64,000 nucleotides of DNA from Psammoneis japonica (taxonomy: Eukaryota), in assembly GCA_008632985.1 (NCBI GenBank), contig QPGO01000024.1, forward strand, positions 310,001 to 374,000, given 5' to 3'. The position numbers were made by a program, and so were the translations under genes. The notes beneath the pieces are model-generated. The model saw only the letters and a program-made list of their open reading frames with translations. It made no database searches and was not told where the DNA came from. How positions within the stretch are numbered: the first letter of the stretch is position 1; the number at the start of each line of letters is the position of its first letter. Positions 49,110-60,481 of the stretch are shown here, piece by piece.

Positions 49110-52100
49110 CACTTTTTGATTCATGTCTCTTTCTCTTGTTCTGCCTGCGGCCTGCAGCACAGCACATGGTTGCTGCATGGTTTCCACCAGGTAAATCACT
49201 GGTTTACACAACCACAGCAAACCATGGTGCCCGGTCGATTGCACACGCCACTGTGTTCTTGGTGTCTCATGCATCGGTGTACAAAACAGCAAATGAGAAA
49301 GTGGGTCCACCGCACACTGCACATTTGCTGTGCCAATCTGTTTCTCTCTTGTTCGTCATGCAGGAAGCTGCACTCCTCACATGCTCACAGTTGTGAAGCC
49401 TGCCCAAAGGCCTGGTCCAGTCGACATCATCATCTGCCTCTGCCAGGCAAAGTCTTCAAATTCAGAGTCTTCATCATCTGAGTCTGCTTGCAGGTCGTGG
49501 TCGTCTTCGTCTGAGTCTACTTCCAGATCATGGTCATCTGAATGCATGGTGTGCAACGAAGCGTCATCCGAAGCGTCGTCCGAGCATGTGTCTGCTAACT
49601 CATTGGAGTCAGCTGCTGCCTCCTCATCAATCCACTGACCGTAAAATGTTGGTTTCCCACGACTTCGAGGACCTGATGCATTGTTGTCAGTCGCAGGAGG
49701 GCTTGCCAATTCAACGGTCTCTTCCTCGGCGCTGTCGCTCTCTGCAGGTTCGACGGCATCAACTGAAGATGCACCGGTGGGATTCATCAAGTCTGATGCA
49801 TTGTCATCAATCGCAGCCAACGCAACAACATCTTCCTCGGGTTTGTGCTCTTTGTACGTTCGACGGCATCGACTGAAACAGCACCTGTAGGATTTGTCAA
49901 GCCTGACTCTGGCAGATCCTTCCTGTTTGCACCGGCAGCCTTCGTCGCCTTGGATTGGGGGATTTCCTTCCTGACGTTTCGGCAAGCTTCTTTCTCTTGG
50001 GTTTTGGAGGATCCTTCCTGCCGGCAGACGCCGCCGACACCGCAGCCTTCCTCTTGGTTGAATTCCCACTGGCAGACTCCACCAATGCCGCAGCCTTGCT
50101 CTTGTTTGATGACTTGGGGAATCCTTCCCAGCAGAAATGGGACGAGTGTCGTAATTGGCAACAAGGCCGCGAGCAATGGACAATGCAAGTGCCATTTTTG
50201 TGGATTTTTTGCCACGAGTGTTCCCTTCCAATTCAGCTCTGGCCATTGCAGCTGCTTCACGCTCCTCGTCAGACACCCGGCACTCTTCACGAATGTTCCA
50301 CACTTTTTGAGCTTTTTCAACTTTCATCAAGCACTTCTCCGCCGTTTCACAGCATTGAAATTTCAAGCATTTGATTTTCCCGTCCGCGGCAAATGTCGGC
50401 TCATTCATGGCAATGTTCTCCTTTTCCCGAAGAAGCAGAATGTCGAACAAGGCGACAACGTCGTTCCAGCACATGTGCGTTCTACCGCACTGACGAATGC
50501 AGCAAAGCAGGGTCCGACCACACAACTCGTTGAACCAGTCATCATGCTTCAGTCCTTTTACGCAGATGAATCGGTTTTCTTTGGTTGACTTTTTGCGAAT
50601 TCCACGGCGCTGTCAGTCTTGCTCCTCTTCGGCCCTCTTCCTGTTCCTTTCCGAACAAAGTGAATCGTCTGCGGTGAGTTTTTCTTGTTGACGGTCCTGG
50701 CAGTGCCGTTGCTTGATGCGTTCCTTGTTCTCAACAGCAATGAGACCAAGTGTTGCAACTTGCATCTCACGCACTTGTTTCACGCACTCGGAATGACAGT
50801 CAACCCACTTTTCCAAGGTGTCGAGGCGTTCCTGCTGCTCGCTGGAGAGGTCGCTCAAGCTTCGAAGGTGCGCCAACTCGCGACGCTCCATTTTGCGATG
50901 GCATCGCTGACAAACAAAACAGCCAGCACAACCGTGGCCGCCCCCTGTCGTCGACCCCACGCAAAACATGGTCCGAGAATCATTGTCCACACCATTTTCT
51001 TCGTCAGCCGTCCAAGGGCATGCTTCGGCGGGAATGCCAGCAATGGCGGGGGCACAGGGGCAGCTCCACTGAAGACTCCAAGGTGAGATTGGATCAGAGT
51101 TGGCATCCGTCAACATTTTGAGGTCATGAGCTTCCAGCAATTTGCAAAAGTTCCGTTCGGATAGAGACATGCCAAACCACAATGCATCATGGCAATTGAG
51201 CTTCAATTGTTTGGAGACCGGCAGTGCACCCTCCTTTGGTCCAGCAAAGTATCCGTTGGGCATCGCAAGGCGGCGACCCTTGTAGAAGCACTCGTCTTTA
51301 CACTTGTCAGTGTCTTGCTTGCCACAACTCATCAGGAATGACTGGAGCATATTGTGTTGGTTCTGTCTTGTCCGCCGAGATGATTCCGGACGCCGGACAA
51401 CAATTCCAAAAACGTTCGATGCGCCTTGACGGAACTAAAACGAGATTGCAGCGATGTCTCTTCGGCAAACGCAACAAAGAACGATGACGCAATGATGATG
51501 CGATGTTAGTCGATCGAGAACGGACAAGACATGGCGCGCGGTCGGGCAAGACATCAACACTCTCGTCCATGTTGACAGTCTCTTGGAACCATTTACCATG
51601 CTCTTTCTCCAGAGCGGTGACAGCACTCCGTTCAAGAACAATGACATTGTTGGTCGGCATTGACTTCAGAAGCCGTTGCAGGATGTCACGTGCACCTTTT
51701 GCAAGTGACTCCGCAGCAGGAGGTGTGCAGTGACTCTTGTTTGCCCCCTGCAACTTCGTCATGACGGTTCGAATGACCTTTTTGTTTTCACTTGTCATGG
51801 GCTTGACCAAAGACGTTTCCAACTCGGCAAGCACTTCTTGCAGTTGGAGCTCGCGTGGACTCGTCTTGATGGAGTCTTTGAAACCCCCGCAGCAATGTTC
51901 CCCAACAGACTCCATGGCTCGATTGTTCGCAATGAAGCCTCCCTTGGGTGGTGCTGGTGAGAGCATGCACTGAAGGAACTCGGTGGTCTCGGACATTTCT
52001 TGCAATCGGCATGGGAGTGTTGGCCAAGAAAATTGAAAGAATGTCCCACTTGGTGGAATGGGCGCATCAACCATGAATGCCTTGGCATCGTTGTCAATGG

Positions 52101-52720
52101 GAACCGGTGCAAGGGCATCCAGCACCGCAAATCCATTTTTGATCTAAAAGTCGTGCGGCGAATCGAATGTTTGTTTGTTTTCCGATGCGCGTGCGGCAAT
52201 GGAATGACACTCCAATCTTGATTTTTCCATTGGCTCGCACAATGATGTAGATGCCCATCTCGTCATCTGTCAAGGTGACTGGCTGCCACCATTTCTCATG
52301 AAGTTCTCCCTTGTTGTTCTGGCATTCTTGTCGGATGTGTTGCATCAAGCGTTGCTTGAGTCTTTCTGTTTTGTTGGTCATTGTGGATGGGGATCCATCG
52401 CCACCTACGGCAACGCGGGTCGCAAGTCGAAGCCGTTTGGACAAATCTTGAATCGCGTCGTTCAGCTCCGTGCAGGTCTTGGGAGTCTTTAGAGAGAACT
52501 TTTTGCCTTCCCATTCAATCCTTGGTTTCTTCTTTGCCATCTTGGAGTTGGCAGCAGTGGCGAGAGTGCACGGCGCAATGAAGGTGCGGTGCAGAGCGTG
52601 CGGCACGGAGCGCGCAGTGTTGTCAATCTGCATCGATGCGAAGAACTCGACAAAGCAGTTGGACGAAATTGACAACAATGATCAGCGCAGCACATGTGGC
52701 GTCATGGTGCTTTGCTTGCC
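49110..52720 (-). mobile_element. Unclassified repeated element, copy A: degenerate ORF(s) with an N-terminal GIY-YIG-like motif, Cys-rich region and acidic tail
   Basis: MAKKKPRIEW…EMGIYIIVRANGKIKIGVSFH(Y>C)RTRI; homologous to copies B and C. Mobility inferred from copy number. Confidence 0.65.
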
Positions 52721-54939
52721 TTGTTGCAATTGTGGTGGTGACGGCTGCGGCAAACAAACAGTTGTGAGCTCGAGGTGCAGGAGCAACAGCAACCAGATGC
52801 TTGGTCCATGGAGTCGCAACGGCTCTCTACAAAAAGGAGGAACGAGTCGATTCAACCTGCGGAAACCAGATGGAAGCACCGCATGGTTGTCAGTGATGTT
52901 CCACGAGAAGTCACGGTGCGATGATTGCGGCATGGTCGGCTTTCCTGTCAATGTGCTTTGCTGTGGCGGACGCCAATGTGCACGGGTGAATGGCAACAGC
53001 GGCAATGAGAATGGAGACAAGAGAAAGAAGCGTGATGACATTGATTTTGTGCGGCAGCAAGCACGTGATGGAAGTGCGCATCAATCAAGATCGAACTGTG
53101 CAACGAACCAAAAACGCAACAAGAACGGCAAGCGACGACGCCACAACATGCGACGTGTGTTGCGACACACGCCAACAGCATGTCTCTTGAGTGGCGAACG
53201 GACGAGCGTCATCGTTGATGCGTCATGGTGCTTTGCATTGCTTGCTTCGTACCTCGTTGATTGATTGTGGCGAGTGTGCAAAAAAAATGCCAGAACGGTG
53301 ACCGCGCTGAGGTGCGCCAGCCGTAGATTTCCACACAACCGTGCTAAAAAAATTTTCCCGCCAAAGGAGGGATGCTGGGATGAGGCCCAACGGGTCCAAA
53401 ACCCCCATTTTTTGCCAAAATGAGTTTCTGCTAGCTAGCCAACTACTCTAACACCACACTGTGTAATGATGGAATCCCGGCGACGGGTTGAACATTGGGC
53501 TCGCCAATCTTTGAGCACACGTCGGCTGCAATTTTCCGAGCCAGTGAGGAGCTCTTGACTGAGGAACGGCACTGTTGAAACGATTGGTAGAAAATCTAAC
53601 TACATTTCACCGTGCGCGTTGTTGTGCACAGTTGTGTGCTGGAATTGCAGTTTGGACTTGCCATTGCACACCTGCTGCCAGAGCACTCAACTTCTATCTC
53701 GGCACCTCATCCGGTTGACGGACGGACGCTCGCCTTTGTGCGCGAGCGTGCGCGCGCTCTGCGCAAACAATGAATGAGGCAAGCAGCAAGCAAGAATGAT
53801 CATCACAATGAGCAAGGGGAGAAATGAACGAAACCCTAACCACCAACAAACTGGCACTGCACCCTGCCTGCCACATGCATCCACTTCTGAAAGCCTTTGT
53901 GGCATTGTGAATTGTGAGTGACAAGTGTGAAAGATTGGCGCGCAAATTGATGTGTCGACGTGAGTGTAAAGATTTTCTCGGTAATGCATGGTGTGTGGTG
54001 TAGTTTAGTCGCCTTCTGCCTCTCTGTTTTGCATTTTGTTGCGACTTGTTGTTTGTCCACAATGGACGCTTGTCGCTCACATGGCAATCTCTTTCATCGC
54101 GTTTTGCGCATGCTGTGATTCTTTGTCACTTCTTTTTTTTTCAGCGTTGGGTGCATTGTGTTGAACTCCACACAATTTTGGAAAGCGTTCTGGGTTCTAC
54201 CAACAACAACCTTCATCAACACCGGCATCACATGACATTTCTGAAGACGTCAACCTCCCTCTCGAGTCCACTGCCAGGTGTTTTCTCTCTTCTCAGTGTC
54301 ATCAGTCAGCTCCGGTGCAAGCATTGCTTGGCTTGAGTTTCAGTTCACAATAGATTGAAGGGGCGCCGCTTTGTTCGAGTGGAAGGCATGCCGTACAGTG
54401 GGGCTGTCTGGAGCCGCACGTTCATTTTCAACCTCATCATTCTTCTCGCATGGTGTGCGATGCATCTCATCGTTTCATTGTTCAACAACCATGCCAAATG
54501 ATCCAATTCTCATGTTTGAGCTTCTTGTTTGTTCTTGTTCAAGGTCCCTGCTTGAGCACGGCACACCCCGACAAGAAAGTTTGCTTTGTCAATTTTGGTG
54601 AGTGCGAGCTTGCGCGTCTTTTCTGTTTTTTGTTGCACATTTTAAATCCAATGCTTCTAGTCCATTTCTCCTCCTTGGGCTTTGCTTCAACTGCATTCAA
54701 AATTCCTTTCAGCTCTCTTGTCTAAAAGACGTAAAAGTTTCTTTTATGCCTCCTCGCTGAAAATTGAGGGAGCGGCATCGCTGCAGAGCAAAAGCGATTC
54801 GAGCGTGAATGGTCTTGGCAACCAACTCCTTCAGCTTGAGGCAGTCTTCTTCTCATTTACTTCTCCGGTGAGTCTGTGAAACATCTCAGTCCATGAGATC
54901 ATCTCAAAGTGCCCACTGCACATTCAGCATGTGTTGCAT

Positions 54940-57060
54940 CAATTCCTCGTCTCTTTTCTCTCGTTCTGCCTGCAGCACGCGTTGCACTGTTCCCAAATCA
55001 TCAGTTTACACAATCACAGTAAACATTCTTGGCATCTCATGCATCGGCGCACAAAACAGCGAAAGCAAAAGTCCACCGCATGCCAAGTGCTTGCCGCACC
55101 ACTCTGTTTCTCCCGGTCGACATCATCATCTACCTCCACCAGGCAAAGTCTTCAAATTCAGAGTCTTCATCATCTGAGTCTGCTTCGAGGTCATGGTCGT
55201 CTGAGTCTGCTTCCAGATCATGGTCATCGGAATGCAGAATGTGCAACAAAGCGTCATCCGAAGCGTCGTCCGAGTGTGTGTCTGCCAACTCATTGGAGTC
55301 AGCTGCTGCCTCCTCATCAATCCACTGACCGTAAAATGTTGGTTTCCCATGACTTCGAGGACCCAATGCATTGTCATCAGTCGCAGGAGGGCTTGCCAAT
55401 TCAACGGTCTCTTCCTCGGCGCTGTCGCTCTCTACAGGTTCGACGGCATCAACTGAAGCAGCCCAGTGCCGGCAGGATTCGTCAAGCCTGATTCTGGCGG
55501 ATCCTTCCCATTTGCACCGGCAGCCTTCGTCGCGTTGGATTTCGGGTGCTCCTTCCTAGACGTGTCGGCAACCTTCTTTTTCTTGGGTTTGGGAGGATCC
55601 TTCCACCGCTAGACTCCACCGATCCGCAGCCTTTCTCTTGTTTGATTTTGTGCCGGCGGACGCCACCAATGCCACAGCCTTCTTCTTGGTCGACGATTCG
55701 GGGGGATCCTTTCTACTCGAAAGTGGACGAGTGTCGTAATTGGCAACAAGACCGCGAGTGATGGACAATGCAAGTGCCATTTTTTTATTCTCTTTGCCAC
55801 GAGTGTTCCCTTCCAAGTCAGCTCTGGCTTTTGCGGCTGCTTCACGCTCCTCGTCAGACACCCGGTGCTCTTCACGAATGGTCCACATGGACTGAGCTTT
55901 TTCAACTTTCATCAAGTGCTTTTCGGCGGTTTCGTGGCATTGAAATTTCAAGCATTTGATTTTCCCGTCCGCGGCAAATGTCGGCTCATTCATGGCAATG
56001 TTCTCCTTTTCCCGAAGAAGCAGAATGTCGAACAAGGCGACAACGTCGTTCCAGCATGCCTGCTTTGTACCGCACTGACGAATGCAGCAAAGCAGGGTCC
56101 GACCACACAACTCGTTGAACCAATCATCACACTTCAGTCCTTTTACGCAGATGAATCGGTTTTCTTTGGTTGACTTTTTGCGAACTCCGCGGCGCTGTCG
56201 GTCTTGCTCCTCTTCGGCCCTCTTCCTGTTCCTTTCCGAACGAAGTGAATCGTCTGCGGTAAGTTTTTCTTGTTGACGGTCCTGGTGGCGCCGTTGCTTG
56301 ATGCATTCCTTGTTCTCAACAGCAATGAGACCAAGTGTTGCAACTTGCATCTCACGCACTTGTTTCGCGCATTCGGAATGATGGTCAACCCACTTTTCTA
56401 AGGTGTCGAGGCGTTCCTGCTGCTCGCTGGAGAGGTCGCTCAAGCTTCGAAGGTGCGCCAACTCGCGACGCTCCATTTTGCGATGGCATCGCTGACAAAC
56501 AAAATAGCCAGCACAACCGTGGCCGCCCCCTGTCGTTGACCCTGCACAAAACATGGTCCGAGAATCATTGTCCGCATTGTTTTCTTCGTCAGCCGGACAA
56601 GGGCATGCTTCGGCCGAATGCCAGCAATGGCGGGGGCAGCTGGGCAGGTCCACTGAAGACTCCAAGGTGAGATTGGATCAGAGTTGGCATCCGTCAACAC
56701 TTTGAGGTCGTGAGCTTCCAACAGCTTGCAAAAGTTCCGTTCGGATGGAGACATGCCAAACCACAATGCATCGTGGCAATTGAGCTTCAATTGTTTGGAG
56801 ACCGGCAATGCACCCTCCTTTGGTCCAGCAAAGCATCCGTTGGGCATCGCAAGGAGTCGCGCCTTGTAGAAGCTTTCGTCTTTGCTTGTCAGTGTCTTGC
56901 TTGCCACAACTCATCAGGAATGACTGGAGCATCTTGTGTTGATTCTGTGCGCTTTCCGCCGAGACGATTCCAGACACCCGAGACGATTCCAGACACCGAC
57001 AATAACTCCAAAAACTTTCGATGTGCCTTGACGGCATGAAAGCGATGTTGGTGCGATGAT
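54940..57060 (-). mobile_element. Same element, copy B (lacks the GIY-YIG-like part)
   Basis: High nucleotide identity to 49110-51440; private 19-bp tandem duplication at 56959-56996. Confidence 0.75.
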
Positions 57061-57479
57061 GATGCTGGGCGAGCACGAACAAGATTCAGTGCTTTTTTTT
57101 TTGCGGGGAAATTCCACACCAGTGTTTTCGTAGAAATCAACCTGAATGCACCACATGTTCACAAAAACTGAACATCAAATTTGGCTCCACATTGTGCTTG
57201 TGGATTCTGCGACTCCGTGCTTTGGGCCCCAACAGTGTGTAGATGCTGTGGGGCTTTTTGGCGGGAATTGGTGTCCACCACAGTGACAAAGTGTCTCAAT
57301 GGGTGAGCTGACAATGCCAACATCACCGTGCCACGCCTCTTGATGGAACATCACTCGATCGCATCCATGCCATGCTTCCACATGCTTCCCACAGGTCGAG
57401 TCGACTGATCACTCTCTCCTGCACCTTGAGCTCACAATTTTTTGTTTGCCATGGGCAGCCATCATTCTCACAATGAGGT

Positions 57480-60000
57480 GGCAAGCAATGCACCATGATG
57501 CCACGCACTCAGCACCAGTTTGTTGATTGTTGCCATGTTTTGTCCAGCTGCTTTGTTGAGCTCATCAATCACACCACATGCTCGCTGCCATGTGCTCCAT
57601 CAATGTGCACTCTTGCTCCCATTGCCAACTCCAAGACGGCAAAGAAGAAACCAGTGATTGAGTGGGAAGACAACACACGCCTCTCAAGGCTTCCAAGGTG
57701 ATCAAGGAGCCAAACAATGTGGTGACAATTTGTCCAAATGGCCTCAATTTGCAACCCATGTTGTGCTGCAGGCAGCAATGGATCCTCAACAACAGCCAAC
57801 AAAGCTGGATGACTGAAGTGGTGCTTGACACAACACAACCTCTGACATGAGTGCAAGAGCAACAAGGCAATGCTTTGTGTGGTGGCAGCCAGGAGACACC
57901 TTGACAGAAGATGAGACTGGCACCCACATCATTGTCTGTTCCAGTGGAAGAGCCAAGAGTGGAGTGCCGCCACAACAAACAGACACTTGGCCAACTTGTG
58001 GCCCACCTTTTGGATCAAAAATGGATTTGCAAGCTTTTCACCAGGCAACTCCTTGCCAATGTCAAAGCTCTGGAGCTGGGTGGCATTGTCACACACCCGC
58101 TGATCAACGCAGGAGATTGGCAATCTCATCATGTGATTGATGCAAGTGTTCGGGAAGCAGTGGCACCACCGATGCTCAAATGCAAGTGGGGTCTTGCTGG
58201 AGAGCAGTGCATTGCTTCCCCATTCTTGCAAGTTGTGAAAACCCTTGTGCCAGCTCCTGTCAACAATGGCACCAAGGCATTTGTGGCAGATTCTCTCACC
58301 CCACCAAATGGAGTGTTCTTTCAGTTTTCTTGGCCTGCTCTTCCATCAGGACTGCACGGAAATTGCAAGACAAGTGAGCTTCTTTGTTGTGCACTCTTGC
58401 CAGCACTGCCAAAGGAAGGCAGTTTCATCAAGAACAGCCAAGCCATTGAGTTTGTTTGGGAAGATTGCTGTGGTGGCTTTGAAGACTTCACATCAAGACA
58501 AGTCCATGTGAGCTCCAATTGCAAGAAGTGTGTGTCTGCTGATTTGTTGGAGATGCCATGGTGAAATCGCATGGGAGAAATCAGAGTCATTGCACATGTC
58601 TTCTGACCATGAAGAACATCTTGCAAAGGGTGTTTGTGATGTCCTCCTTCAATGGCTTCTGGCATCAACACCTGTCAACAGCATTGTCTCACTGTGATTG
58701 AGTGGAGCAGTGCCACCACTTTGAAAAAAGAGCACAGCACCAGCTGGCCCCTCCAAGAGACACAGTTGGCAAGGATGCCACATTGACATCTTGCCTGGCT
58801 GCACACTGTGTCTTGTCTTTTGCCAAAGAAATGCAGTGCCAGTGCTGCAGCATGGCCTTTCAAGGCATGCCAAACATTTTTTGTGTTGTTGCATCATTTC
58901 AGCTGAGAATGTGCAAGATCAATGCAAAACTCTCCAGCAACTTCTGACTCCAGCCACTCTGGATTGAAAACCAGAAGCTGACAAGCACAAAGAAAGCACC
59001 TCAGCAACACAAGGGCTGTGTTCAAATGGCTGAGCCTGGGTTGCCAAGATGCCTTGTGGTTTGACACATCTCTGTCTGAGTTCCCTGTTTTGCAAACACT
59101 GATGATGCATGCTGGCAGCTCCTCTGCTGCAATTTCACCTTGGGTTTGCCATTGCCAAAATTCCAACTTAAATTTGCCCTTGGATGTTGGATGGCAGATG
59201 ACAGAATCATGTGGGCAGCGGCTGGCAGGTCTTTTGTTTGTGTGTCAGCAACGCTGCTGCCAAACAGAGACTTGAAAGTTGCCCTGCCCTCTCAGGAAGA
59301 GTGCGCCTCAGCTCCCTTGAAGGGTGGTTGTCTGTCATGGCAATTGTGCAAAGTGAGTGCATGAGAGGGGGGAGAGAGAGAGAGACTTGGGGCAACACAC
59401 AGTCTGGTCGATGATGAGACCACAAGAAGTGCACATCATCAAGAAGCAGCATTGTTGCCACTGGGATTTTTGGCTGTTGACATCACCCTTCTTCATTCCA
59501 AATGAAAGAGGAACATGGCTGACAAGGAGCAAGACTGGCAGAGCAACGGCATCCTCAAGAAGTCAGCCAAAGAAAATTGCCAACTCATCTGAAGACAAAA
59601 GGTGAATGAGAGCAAGGCAGCTGGCTCAATGAGTTGTGTGGTTGGGCCCTCTGTTTTGCTGGATTTGTCAGTGCAGCATGGTGCATGTCTGCTGGAATTT
59701 CTTTGTTGCCTTTTTTCAACACTCTGCTTCTTTGGGAAATGGGGGGAGGCATTGCTGCAGCGGTGGGAAGCAACACTTTTGTGCATGTGCGCCGCAAAGA
59801 GAGAGAAGGGAAAGAAGCCAAAAACACTTGAAATGTCAGCAGCACTGCACACAACAGCAGAAATGCACTTGGTTGGGGCAGATGAAAGTCAGTGTGGTGG
59901 ACAACAGTGAAACAAGTCATGAGCTCAAGGTGCGTGAGAGTGGAGCTCCGTCAGAAGAAATGCGTGCTCTGCGAGAGGCAACAAATGGTGCACAGAGATT
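57480..60000 (+). mobile_element. Same element, copy C, inverted and more heavily decayed
   Basis: AKKKPVIEWE, LLDQKWIC, FFQFSWP, CCGGF, DALWF, ISPW, WLNELCG collinear with copy A. Confidence 0.75.
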
Positions 60001-60481
60001 TGATTTGAGCAAGTCTCATGCTTTGGCAAAACCACCACACTGCAGCAAAAAAATGCATTTCAGTCATCAGCTTGTGCTTCTTTTGTGCTTTGCACCAGTC
60101 ACCAGTGCAGCACCGAGAAAGAAGCAACTAACAGCAGAAATCGTGTTGAGCCTGCCTGCCCACCCGGAACGCAACGCAATCGCAATGCAATGTTGTTGTG
60201 GGTGCCGTCCATCCCTCTCCCGTGCGTCGCGCTTCACGCACCCGGCCGCTCTCGCGTATTGCGCGCGGCCTGCCTCACCGGGCTTTTTGTCCCGCCCGCC
60301 CCCACGCACCACACCACACACCACGCACCAGGCACATGTTGTTGCTTGTGCCCAATTTGCCACCATTTGATTGTCCTTTCGTGCAACCATCCTGTAAGCT
60401 AACAGACAAAAAAACGGCGATCCTTGTCTTGCCATCTAAACTTGCATTGAAGATACAAAGTAAAGAGACGCAATTCCTGCC

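Larger units (their letters stand above)
47540..60380. other. TpA-depleted hypermutated domain D7
   Basis: About 13 kb nearly lacking TA apart from a small patch at about 53430-53600; ends about 100 bp before the RNase Z start. Confidence 0.85.

Noticed and set aside
24790..60380. Endogenous giant virus or Polinton
   Set aside because: No capsid, packaging ATPase, PolB or integrase motifs recognised.
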